Assembly: GCA_964457405.1 (NCBI GenBank)
Contig: CAYWEP010000001.1
Coordinates: 1-44,231, forward strand
Source: an uncultured Gammaproteobacteria bacterium
Lineage (GTDB): Bacteria; Patescibacteriota; Microgenomatia; Levybacterales; UBA12049
Length of the DNA stretch: 44,231 bases
Direction of reading: 5' to 3'
The notes under the pieces are model-generated. The model did not search any database. It was not told the DNA's origin and saw only the letters and a list, made by a program, of their open reading frames with translations. Of this stretch, positions 32,296-41,009 are shown piece by piece (within the stretch, counting starts at the first letter, position 1; each line of letters starts with the position of its first letter). Position numbers and translations under genes: made by a program.

Positions 32296-33485
32296 AAGTA
32301 CGTCAACACCTTGCGTACCGCAGCAATAACATCCTCAACGTCACTATTGGTTAATTTTGCTGACAGTGGCAATGACAGCGTTCGGTCTGAGTAAAATAAG
32401 GCATTTGGAAAATCAGATGTATGAAATCCAAATCGCTTTTTATAATATTCATGAACGTGAAGTGAAAGAAAGTGAACTCCAGCGCCAATATTTTCTTTAT
32501 GAAGGGCTTGCAAGAAAAAATCTCTCGATATGTTTAACTTTTCCGTTTTGAGAAGAAGGGTATAGAGATGCAGTGCATGAACTCTATCTTTTTCTGTTGG
32601 CGCCGGTAATTCCACTGGCAAGTCGGCAAATGCATTGTTATATCGATTCCAGATTTCAGCCCTCCTCTCTTGCATGGCTGGGAATCGTTTCAATTGATGA
32701 ATACCCATGGCTGCTTGTAAATCCATCATGTTGTATTTATACCCAGGCACTTCAATTGTGTAGTGCTTGTAACCTTTATCAGAATATCTCTTCCATGCTC
32801 CTCTACTCATGCCGTGGAGCGCATACATTTCTATCAATTTTGAGAATTTCTTATTCTTACAGGTTACCATTCCTCCTTCTCCGGTCATGAGATTTTTAGT
32901 GACATAAAAAGAAAAACTCGTAAAGTCGCCAACTGTGCCAATTTTCTTTCCCTTATATGTGGCTCCAAACGCATGGGCAGCATCTTCGATGACAAAGAGG
33001 TCGTGTTTCTTTGCAAGCGCCATAATATCGCTCATTGAGCACGGCCTTCCATATAAATGCACCGGAAGAATTGCTCGCGTTTTCTTCGTAATGCGTTTTT
33101 TAATTTGGTCAGGGTCAATATTCCCAGTTTTTCGATCAACGTCAACAAATATTGGCGTTGCACCACAGTGAATAATGACGTTAGCAGTTGCAGAAAACGT
33201 TAACGGTGTCGTAATAACCTCGTCACCAGGACCGATACCTGCTGCAATGAGTGATAGATGCATCGCTGCGGTGCAAGAATGAACTGCCTTCGCGAATCGA
33301 CTTCCTAAATATGCGTTTACATCATTTTCAAATTGCGTAACTTTCGGTCCGGTCGATAGCCATCCTGAACGCAAACTTTTTACAACTTCACGGATTTCCG
33401 CTTCTCCTACTAATGGAGCGCCAAAGATGAGATACGAATCTCTCACTGGTCTTCCTCCTGCGATTGCTGGTTTTACTGATTTCAT
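32286..33485 (-). CDS. DegT/DnrJ/EryC1/StrS-family aminotransferase (ArnB/PglE/PseC-like subgroup)
   Basis: 399 aa. 'GPGDEVITTPLTFSAT', 'VIEDAAHAFGATYKGKKIG' and 'SFSFYVTKNLMTGEGGMV' (the Lys-containing motif with the 'GEGG' typical of the ArnB/PglE group). Its 3' end overlaps the GtrB-like gene by 10 nt. Confidence 0.9.
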   Translation of the reverse strand: MKSVKPAIAGGRPVRDSYLIFGAPLVGEAEIREVVKSLRSGWLSTGPKVTQFENDVNAYLGSRFAKAVHSCTAAMHLSLIAAGIGPGDEVITTPLTFSATANVIIHCGATPIFVDVDRKTGNIDPDQIKKRITKKTRAILPVHLYGRPCSMSDIMALAKKHDLFVIEDAAHAFGATYKGKKIGTVGDFTSFSFYVTKNLMTGEGGMVTCKNKKFSKLIEMYALHGMSRGAWKRYSDKGYKHYTIEVPGYKYNMMDLQAAMGIHQLKRFPAMQERRAEIWNRYNNAFADLPVELPAPTEKDRVHALHLYTLLLKTEKLNISRDFFLQALHKENIGAGVHFLSLHVHEYYKKRFGFHTSDFPNALFYSDRTLSLPLSAKLTNSDVEDVIAAVRKVLTYFYK

Positions 33486-34201
33486 GTTTTTTTCTCAAGC
33501 ACCCAAAAAAAGCTTGGTAAAAATGGGTACAACAATGCGTATATTTTTGCAGGCACAAAGGAGAGGATACCAGAGAATGGATGGCTAGCAAAAAACTTCT
33601 TGGGTTCCTTCATAACAGCAAGAGTATAATCATTGATGGTAAATTGTGCAACTAAACTTCGCAAGTCGCCCGGCGAACGCAACGTTTCATAATAGAACGG
33701 CACAAGTCTTTTAGGGATCCAGGAAAGAAAAGGAATGTGGTAGTGCGGCTCGATAATCGAATATTTTTGAGGTCCTGAAAAATAGCAAAAACCCCTCTTT
33801 TGAAGCACTCTGTATACCTGCCGCAATAAAATTGCGGCATCGGGTACATGTTCATATACATGATTGAGTATGACAACGTCAAATGCAGCATTCTTAAACG
33901 GAAGATGAAGTGCATCTGCGTAGCGATATGTTATGTTTTTTTTCATATGTTTTTTTCGCGCAACAGCAAGTGCATGGGTGTCAAGATCAACTGCAACTAC
34001 CTTTTGAAAAATCCGGGAAAATTCTACGGTCATTCCCCCTGCAGAGCAGCCTATTTCTAAAACATGAAGATTCGTTAGTTTTTTGTTACGTTTTTGACAA
34101 TAATCACGAAGAATAGCAATTATTTTCTGTGCCTTTTGTTTTCTTTGATCACTCTCTAGCATAGAGGGATCGAGCGAAGAATAGTGAAGTTGATATCTCA
34201 T
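33482..34201 (-). CDS. Class I SAM-dependent methyltransferase
   Basis: 239 aa. Motif I is 'VLEIGCSAGGMTVEF'; 'FDVVILNHVYEHV' and 'VLQKRGFCYF' also fit. It has ATGA overlaps at both ends. Confidence 0.8.
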   Translation of the reverse strand: MRYQLHYSSLDPSMLESDQRKQKAQKIIAILRDYCQKRNKKLTNLHVLEIGCSAGGMTVEFSRIFQKVVAVDLDTHALAVARKKHMKKNITYRYADALHLPFKNAAFDVVILNHVYEHVPDAAILLRQVYRVLQKRGFCYFSGPQKYSIIEPHYHIPFLSWIPKRLVPFYYETLRSPGDLRSLVAQFTINDYTLAVMKEPKKFFASHPFSGILSFVPAKIYALLYPFLPSFFWVLEKKT

Positions 34202-34980
34202 TTATGGATGCTCCACGTAACAAAATAAGAAAAATCTGGATTGGGAAAAGATCGATCAAGAGATCTAGCTATATGTAATAAAAGCTTTGCTCCGGTTGGA
34301 AATATTTTTCCTATTATTACTGACGGCAGAAGAACTAGCGTAAGAAATGGATATCCCTTCCTGTAGAAAATTTTTCCTCCTGCTTCATCAATTCGATTCT
34401 CAAGATCCTTGAGATGAAATGCGATACCATATGTTTCAACTTTCTTTTTCCGCAATAAGGTCCTATAGAAAAAAGGGATAAATCCACCCAGCCGAACGAT
34501 ACTTACGCCTGTTTTATTTGGCTCAATTAGAATGAGTCGCCCGCGAGGTTTAAGTACGCGCAACATTTCTGACAATGCTCCCGTTTGATCTTTTTGAAAA
34601 GAAAGATACATTAGTGACACGACGCAATACACACAATCAAATGTGTTTTCTTTAAAAGGAAGCTTTTGCATGTTACTCGCGACTGCTTTCCCTCGCCCTT
34701 TTAATCGACGGTTAAATAACGCAACAAATGTTTTTGATATGTCTACCCCGGAGACAAAGACTTTTTTTTGTTTTGTTATGTCTGCTGCGATTCGTCCCCA
34801 TCCACAACCCACATCGAGTACTCTTGTTGCTTCTGTCGGCATTGCGTGCATTATTTCCTCGACATGAATCGCATGGATTATCTCATTGACTATCAACGGA
34901 AATGACTGCTCCATAACTGATTTCATCGAATCACCAAACAGTTTCGCCCGTGATTGCCAAAGTTGTTGAATACTAAGCAT
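34198..34980 (-). CDS. Class I SAM-dependent methyltransferase
   Basis: 260 aa. Motif I is 'VLDVGCGWGRIAADI'; 'FDCVYCVVSLMYL' and 'VLKPRGRLILIEP' also fit. Confidence 0.8.
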   Translation of the reverse strand: MLSIQQLWQSRAKLFGDSMKSVMEQSFPLIVNEIIHAIHVEEIMHAMPTEATRVLDVGCGWGRIAADITKQKKVFVSGVDISKTFVALFNRRLKGRGKAVASNMQKLPFKENTFDCVYCVVSLMYLSFQKDQTGALSEMLRVLKPRGRLILIEPNKTGVSIVRLGGFIPFFYRTLLRKKKVETYGIAFHLKDLENRIDEAGGKIFYRKGYPFLTLVLLPSVIIGKIFPTGAKLLLHIARSLDRSFPNPDFSYFVTWSIHK

Positions 34981-36196
34981 TGTGTGATGTTAGAAAAAAG
35001 AAAAGTTTATGATAATGTTTTCCAATAGTCGTATGGCTAAATTTGGCCTTAACTCGTTTTTGCGCTTCTTTTCCTAATCGTCGCCGTAATGCAGGAGAAT
35101 GAAACAGCTGAAGAACCGCCCTTTCAATTGCCTGTGGATTTTTCTGAGGAATGAGCATACCACTTTTTCCTTGATCGATCGAAAGCGTGTTTCCGGGAAA
35201 CCGAGTGGCTATAACAGGCTTGCCGCAAGCCATTGATTCAATGAGAGCCACCGGCCGATCATCTATGTTGCCTTCATGATCTTTGATTGATGGAACAACA
35301 ATAACATCAGCCAAGCTATAATAACGACTAATTTCACCTCGACCAATATTTCCAACAAAATGTACATGGGTTGCAATATTTAATTTCCTTGTCTCCCCTT
35401 CAAGGAGATCACGCATATCACCATCTCCGACTATGACATACTGGGCGTTAGGAAAATGTCGGAGGATAGCCGGTACAGCCCTCAGAGCATAAATAATGCC
35501 TTTTTTTTCAACTAAGCGGCCAACTGAAACAAGGATAAGTCCAGTGGGGCTTATTCCAAGTTTTTTCCGCAGCGATTGAGTGTCGCGGGTTGCGTGAACG
35601 GTTTGAAGATCAACCGGATACGGAATGACTTCGCGTCTTTTGGCTTGTGCACCAGTGAAACCAAGCTCTGTTAAGTATTGAGGGCTATCTGCACATACAA
35701 TTGCAGCCCGTTCAGCCGCCCAACGGGTAAGGAATGAAAAAATCGCATTTTTTTGCGCCACATAAACATCTGAACCGGGAAGAGTGACGGTAAAAGGAAT
35801 GTTCCGTATCAACGAAACGACAGCTGCAATAATGCCGTTTGGGATAATCCAGTGAGCTGATATGAGATCATATCTTTTGTTTTTCGTTAATCGAAGGAGT
35901 GTAATAATTCCACAGATGACCAGAAAAGGAATAAGGAGATATGAAGAAAGTCGCAGATGAGCCCCCTGTCTGAGTGTTTGCGAATACCCAAGAACATGAA
36001 GTCGGTCCGGCCAAATGTATTTATATGAAATGATTGGATAGGGAAAACTCGAGGGCACAAGCTCAGAATGAAATGGAGTAAGAACCGTAACTTCATCCCC
36101 CGCATTTTTAATACCCATAACAAGCGGGTGCATGAATGCCGCCGTCACATCATCAGGATATTTGGGAAATGTGTGGGTAAGAATACAAATATTCAT
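34973..36196 (-). CDS. Glycosyltransferase family 4 (GT-B fold)
   Basis: 407 aa. The N-terminus is 'MNICILTHTFPKYPDDVTAAF'. 'LVSVGRLVEKKGIIYAL', 'YVIVGDGDMRDLLE' and 'PVALIESMACGKPVIATRFPG' are GT4 motifs (E-x7-E region). Confidence 0.85.
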   Translation of the reverse strand: MNICILTHTFPKYPDDVTAAFMHPLVMGIKNAGDEVTVLTPFHSELVPSSFPYPIISYKYIWPDRLHVLGYSQTLRQGAHLRLSSYLLIPFLVICGIITLLRLTKNKRYDLISAHWIIPNGIIAAVVSLIRNIPFTVTLPGSDVYVAQKNAIFSFLTRWAAERAAIVCADSPQYLTELGFTGAQAKRREVIPYPVDLQTVHATRDTQSLRKKLGISPTGLILVSVGRLVEKKGIIYALRAVPAILRHFPNAQYVIVGDGDMRDLLEGETRKLNIATHVHFVGNIGRGEISRYYSLADVIVVPSIKDHEGNIDDRPVALIESMACGKPVIATRFPGNTLSIDQGKSGMLIPQKNPQAIERAVLQLFHSPALRRRLGKEAQKRVKAKFSHTTIGKHYHKLFFFLTSHNA

Positions 36197-36201
36197 CGTG
36201 C

Positions 36202-38250
36202 TTACTCTATTCCTTCCGCTTCTACTCGTATAGGATACTTACGTAAACATGATGTTTCATCGTTACCGGTAATTTTGAGATATCGAACCCGGTCAGCAGC
36301 AAATATATATCGAAGTTTTCCTTTTTCACTATGAGGTTTAAACCAATTATAGGAAGCAGTTTCTAGTAAATTACCTACAAAAGATTGCGCCCAGTTTTGA
36401 CCATCCACGGACATCAGTAATTGTCCATTCTCTGGAAGCGTACAGTCTTCCTCTATAAAAGAAATTGTTATGTTCATGAGTTTTTGTACTTCATCCGGAA
36501 ACTCGATGATAACCTTTTCACCAATTACTTCTGTTTGAATACCCTTTATTGAGCTGATTTCTCGCAAAATTTCCGGCTTCGTGTGCTGCTCGTCATTTTT
36601 CCATACTTTGAGAATTGGCACACCGTCAATGACTACTTCATAGACTGGCTGGAGGAAATGCTGGCTGTAACGATAATTAAAATATCTCGTCGCATCCCCC
36701 TCATGAGTGACTCCTATAATGTATTCCCCTTCACGCTTCGGGCCGCTTCTGTATAAATTACTAAATTTGATATCGGACCGGAACTCACTTCTGGGGATAC
36801 TACTCATGAGCTCAAATCCGAATGCCACCTTTGCTTCTGGTTCTGCGTGTTTATTTATCCATTTCACTCCTTGTCGATACACGTTCCCCAGCGAGTTTCC
36901 CCATCCGGGAATATTGCGCATTGCTGCTCCTTTGAATCCGCCGATGAGAAAGTTGAAGTAGAGACTTTCATTCGGATGCATCCGAATCATTTTTAGAGTA
37001 ATCGGAAGGAATGAGAGCATAATAATTACTTGCAAACAGTATGTAACAAGTAATTTTTTCTTTCTCAGTGATCTTTTCCAAATGACCAAGTAACCGACGA
37101 ACCAAGTAACTATACTTGTCGCTCCAATCCCTGCTAAAATTGCCATCGGCGGAATGTATTCCATAATCTGCCGCACACCGCCGTAAATAGAAGTGAATGG
37201 AAGAGATACACGCATGATGGGAACGAGGAATAGAAAAAGGATGAACAGACTGGTTTTATTTTTTTCTTTCCAACTGTGCCGCAGTACCCACCATATGCCC
37301 AAAAGCGTCAAAAAAAGTGTCCCAGGAGGAGTTATAAAAAGTATCCACTGAAGCGCATACGTATTGAGTCCCCCGACATAATACCCAGGAGGCATTATTG
37401 GGCTTGATGTCGTTCCTATACTTCGATAATATCCAAGACTTAAAAGTATATTTTGTATAGGATTTTGCCAAAGCCAAGGCCAGCTTGCGATATATATACC
37501 GACTGCAAAAATCGGAATCAATAAGAAAGCTAAATGAAACTTTTTTGAGCCGGCTCGTATCTGAAGGAGAAAACGACGAACGCCATAGATAATTATCCAG
37601 AGGACTATCGTAATGGGGAGAAACACTACATTAAGTTTTGTGCCGAGCGCCGCTCCAGCCAAAATTCCTGTTGCCAGCATCAATCGCGGAGACTTTTGTA
37701 CAAATCCAGTGTAAAAAGATAGTGCTGCTGCGGTCAGATACACTGCCTCAGGGATGTCTTTTTGCACGTTAAAGTGTGATTCCCCATAAAATAATGGGTA
37801 GAGAGTAAGCGCTAGGATCGAGGTAAGTGCTGCAAATCCACCATAGTATCTCTCCACCCAAAAAAAGAGAAAAAGAAGAAAAGCGGTAACCAAGGTAACA
37901 CCATAGAAATGATATGCTTCAAAGTCTCCAAGAATACCTAATCGTTGATAAAAAATATAATTAAAGAGCGATGAAGCAACATCACTAAACACCGGATGGT
38001 CCCCGTCGCGACGCATCTGGTAACCGAAATCAAAACCGATCATCTGATAGAAACTGGATCGATGTCCTTCTTGGAAAACTGCTTGGTCATATTGCTTCTT
38101 TCCGGTAAGAAAATAATAGAGGTATGTTTGGCCACGCGTTAAGTGACTCGCCTCATCCCAATTCACACCGTACTGTGGCAGAGTCCATATACCAATGACG
38201 AAATATATGAGAATAATCAAACCAGCAAGGAGTCGATAAATTTTTTTCAT
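36202..38250 (-). CDS. GT-C fold membrane glycosyltransferase, PMT/ArnT-like (GT39/GT83-type), paralog A1, with a C-terminal extracytoplasmic domain of about 250 aa
   Basis: 682 aa. The first-loop 'YGVNWDEASHLTRGQ' resembles the essential 'DE.HF' loop-1 motif of protein O-mannosyltransferases. Many TM segments follow. 'IYGGVRQIMEYIPPMAILAGIGA' and 'LSFLPITLKMIRMHPNESLYFNFLIGGFKGA' are shared with A2 and A3. The C-terminal domain is hydrophilic and contains two Cys. Confidence 0.7.
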   Translation of the reverse strand: MKKIYRLLAGLIILIYFVIGIWTLPQYGVNWDEASHLTRGQTYLYYFLTGKKQYDQAVFQEGHRSSFYQMIGFDFGYQMRRDGDHPVFSDVASSLFNYIFYQRLGILGDFEAYHFYGVTLVTAFLLFLFFWVERYYGGFAALTSILALTLYPLFYGESHFNVQKDIPEAVYLTAAALSFYTGFVQKSPRLMLATGILAGAALGTKLNVVFLPITIVLWIIIYGVRRFLLQIRAGSKKFHLAFLLIPIFAVGIYIASWPWLWQNPIQNILLSLGYYRSIGTTSSPIMPPGYYVGGLNTYALQWILFITPPGTLFLTLLGIWWVLRHSWKEKNKTSLFILFLFLVPIMRVSLPFTSIYGGVRQIMEYIPPMAILAGIGATSIVTWFVGYLVIWKRSLRKKKLLVTYCLQVIIMLSFLPITLKMIRMHPNESLYFNFLIGGFKGAAMRNIPGWGNSLGNVYRQGVKWINKHAEPEAKVAFGFELMSSIPRSEFRSDIKFSNLYRSGPKREGEYIIGVTHEGDATRYFNYRYSQHFLQPVYEVVIDGVPILKVWKNDEQHTKPEILREISSIKGIQTEVIGEKVIIEFPDEVQKLMNITISFIEEDCTLPENGQLLMSVDGQNWAQSFVGNLLETASYNWFKPHSEKGKLRYIFAADRVRYLKITGNDETSCLRKYPIRVEAEGIE

Positions 38251-38265
38251 ACAATCAAAATAAAG

Positions 38266-40335
38266 CTACTCTTTTACGACGTACACCTGAGCCGCCTTTA
38301 TCGTTCTATAACAAGGATGATCAAGAGTGAGATTAATATCGACAACCTTAGCGAGTTCTGCCGCAAAGAGAAAAAATGGCTCTCTATATATAAGTTGATC
38401 ATTATAGTCGTAACCACTGGCTGGAAAGATCCTTGGCCTAGTGAGCGTATCGCTCTCATAGAGTTGAATTATTCCTACGTGATCATTGATCTCTCTGCAT
38501 AAGAGAGGATTGTCGTTTTCAAGTTCTATCCGTAAGAGTCTTCGTGCTGTCGGCAGCGTTACTCTGACAGATAAATCTTTTTGACTTATGGTAACGCTCG
38601 AAAGTTTCTCTTCCTCCATATCTTTGTATTCCTCTTTCACGTGATCGCGATCATTTTTCCATACCTTAAGGATTGTTACGTCATCTACCGCGACTTGATA
38701 GACTGGGTCAACGAATGTTTCCAATTCCCGAAGTCTATACCTATCGAGAAAATCACTTTTATTTGTTACGGTCATAATATATTCACCCAGTCGCAGGGGG
38801 CCACTTTTGGTTCGATTCTCAAAAATTAAATCATTGCGTACCCATATATATGGTACATTGGTTTGCTGTTCATACACGAGGGCAAGTTTTGCTCCCTGTT
38901 CTGCGTGCTCGTTGATCCACACAATTCCCTGACGATACGGATTACCGAGTGTCTGCCCCCAGTCTGGAATATTATGCTCTTTGGCCCCCTTTAAACCTCC
39001 TATAAGACTATTAAAATACACCCCCTCGTTGGGGTGTATGGAAATCATTTTTAACGTTATGGGGAGAAATGAGAGTAGGGCAGCTGCTTGCAGGCCCAGT
39101 GTTAAGTTTGCTCGCTTCCTATTGCCTACTAATAAACGAAAGATCCAACTCGCCCCGATTCCTGAAAGTACCGCCATCGCCGGTATATATTCCATAATCT
39201 GACGAACCCCCCCATAAATAACTGTGTGCGGGAGCATCACGCGAACAATAGGAACAAGAAGCCACGATACTGCAAAAAGAGTAAAGTCTTTTTCTCTTTT
39301 TGTACCTTTCAAAAAAGGAAGCGCTATTCCTGCAGCGGCATAAATAAGAATAACGGGCGGGGTAGTAAACAACAGATAGTATAAAGAATATAACGAAAAG
39401 GTCGCACCAGCTGTTCTCCCCATATAGTTGTAATAAGAAATCGATAATGCAAGTAGTTTAGGCTCAAACCAAGCGGCGGGAAATGTCACAACCCAAAGAA
39501 AAACAGCAACGAAAGGAACGGCGAGAAAGGTCAGGAAGAATGCCTTGTGTGACCGCAGAATAAGAATGGCTCGGGATAATTTTTGTGGATATAAAATAAG
39601 GCATCGAGATATGAGCCATAAAAGAATGGTTGGGAGGATAAAAACAGCGTTAAATTTTGTAGCAAAAGCAGATCCAAACATGAGCGCAAAGAGCCAGACG
39701 AATTTGATTTTTTTCTGCACTACGGCTTCATACAATGCCATCATCGCAAACGAATAAAAAACAGCTTGTGGAACATCTTTGACGTTATAGTGCGACTCAG
39801 CCCAAAAAACTGGAAAAAGAGCAAGTGACAGCGAGGAAACGGCCGCGGCTATGGTATCAAAACGTCGCTTCATCCATATGTACAGTCCAGCTACCAATGC
39901 TCCAGAAACAAACACAACATAGTAGTTATACGAATGCACATCTGGCGCAACCCCCAATTTAACAAAAAAAATATTGTTAAAAAGTGCCGCCATAACATCG
40001 GAAAACGCGGGGTGCGTCCCGCGCTTTTCAATTTCCCATGTGTAGTAGAATGGGAGTGTCCTCTCCCAGTGTTGGTAGATACTTCGGCGTATGACACGAC
40101 CAGTTTGTTCATCTCTGAATTCGTAGCCAAAGTTCAGTTTATAATTTTTCAGATCTAGCTCGGGAAGTCCGGAATAATCTTGCCTTCCCGTGAAAAGAAA
40201 GCGGAAAAAAGCCTGCCCCCTCATAAAATGAGCTGGTTCATCCCAATTCACGCCATAGTTTGGTAAACTAACCAACCCCGTGACTACATATAGAATGCCA
40301 AGAATAAGTCCAAAAAAAGCCGGAAATTTTTTCAT
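38266..40335 (-). CDS. GT-C fold membrane glycosyltransferase, PMT/ArnT-like, paralog A2
   Basis: 689 aa. Motifs seen: 'YGVNWDEPAHFMRGQ', 'IYGGVRQIMEYIPAMAVLSGIGAS', 'LSFLPITLKMISIHPNEGVYFNSLIGGLKGAKE', 'LGNPYRQGIVWINEHAE' and 'ILKVWKND'. Confidence 0.7.
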   Translation of the reverse strand: MKKFPAFFGLILGILYVVTGLVSLPNYGVNWDEPAHFMRGQAFFRFLFTGRQDYSGLPELDLKNYKLNFGYEFRDEQTGRVIRRSIYQHWERTLPFYYTWEIEKRGTHPAFSDVMAALFNNIFFVKLGVAPDVHSYNYYVVFVSGALVAGLYIWMKRRFDTIAAAVSSLSLALFPVFWAESHYNVKDVPQAVFYSFAMMALYEAVVQKKIKFVWLFALMFGSAFATKFNAVFILPTILLWLISRCLILYPQKLSRAILILRSHKAFFLTFLAVPFVAVFLWVVTFPAAWFEPKLLALSISYYNYMGRTAGATFSLYSLYYLLFTTPPVILIYAAAGIALPFLKGTKREKDFTLFAVSWLLVPIVRVMLPHTVIYGGVRQIMEYIPAMAVLSGIGASWIFRLLVGNRKRANLTLGLQAAALLSFLPITLKMISIHPNEGVYFNSLIGGLKGAKEHNIPDWGQTLGNPYRQGIVWINEHAEQGAKLALVYEQQTNVPYIWVRNDLIFENRTKSGPLRLGEYIMTVTNKSDFLDRYRLRELETFVDPVYQVAVDDVTILKVWKNDRDHVKEEYKDMEEEKLSSVTISQKDLSVRVTLPTARRLLRIELENDNPLLCREINDHVGIIQLYESDTLTRPRIFPASGYDYNDQLIYREPFFLFAAELAKVVDINLTLDHPCYRTIKAAQVYVVKE

Positions 40336-40438
40336 GCGTTCGTTACGGAATCTTCCATAGTATGGTCATTTTACAGCAAATAACCGCTTCTTTATAGTGG
40401 CTATTGATTCTCTATTTTTACTATGGTAGAGTACATTT
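40336..40438. promoter_or_regulatory. 103-bp divergent spacer; sigma70-like promoter abutting the ATG of the secreted-protein gene
   Basis: On the plus strand, TTGATT (40404..40409), a 17-nt spacer and TAGAGT (40427..40432) are followed by 6 nt and then ATG 40439. On the minus strand, TAAAAT and TACTAT candidates lie 32 and 21 nt upstream of ATG 40335. Confidence 0.35.
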
Positions 40439-40999
40439 ATGAAACGAATTCTTGCAAGTATTGTATTAACTTCTCTCGTTGTAGTTCCTGCCTTCGCCCA
40501 AATACCAGAGGTTCTCCCTTCTTCAGCGCCTTCCGCGATCTCCTACCAAGCACCAGACGTTACCCTTTTACCCACTCATCCACTCTATAAACTTCAACTC
40601 ATTTGGAATAGACTCTCAATACTTACTACCTCTAATCCGTCCGCGAAAGCAATGAAGTATATAACGCTCGCGGATAAAGATCTTATTGCTGCAGACAAAA
40701 TTATGGGAGGAGAAAATGATGCACTTGCACTTCACACGGCTTTTCGGGGAGAGCATTATATGACGCTACTTGTAAATACGATGAAAAACGCAGCCTACAA
40801 TTTCGGTTCACTTGACATGAGTGTCACAAAACGCGCTCACGAGGCATTTCCCTATCACCAACAGCTCATACAATCTATGATTAGTAAAGCCTCCGGAGAT
40901 ACAGAGCGAAACCTGCGAAATATTTTAGAATTCTCTCAGAGAAACGAGCAGCAAATTACTTTGCTTGAACAGGAGTATTCACTGGACGAAAACGAGTAA
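40439..40999 (+). CDS. Small secreted protein, DUF5667-like helical domain
   Basis: 186 aa. The signal peptide is 'MKRILASIVLTSLVVVPAFA/Q'. An S/P/A-rich stretch 'IPEVLPSSAPSAISYQAPD' follows. 'LLPTHPLYKLQLIWNRLSILTTSNPSAKAMKYITLADKDLIAA' matches my recollection of the DUF5667 N-terminal pattern (LP.sPlY.lK...e.....ft.np..Ka......A..RL.E). This is recalled, not searched. Confidence 0.5.
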   Translation: MKRILASIVLTSLVVVPAFAQIPEVLPSSAPSAISYQAPDVTLLPTHPLYKLQLIWNRLSILTTSNPSAKAMKYITLADKDLIAADKIMGGENDALALHTAFRGEHYMTLLVNTMKNAAYNFGSLDMSVTKRAHEAFPYHQQLIQSMISKASGDTERNLRNILEFSQRNEQQITLLEQEYSLDENE

Positions 41000-41009
41000 A
41001 CAGAAAAAT

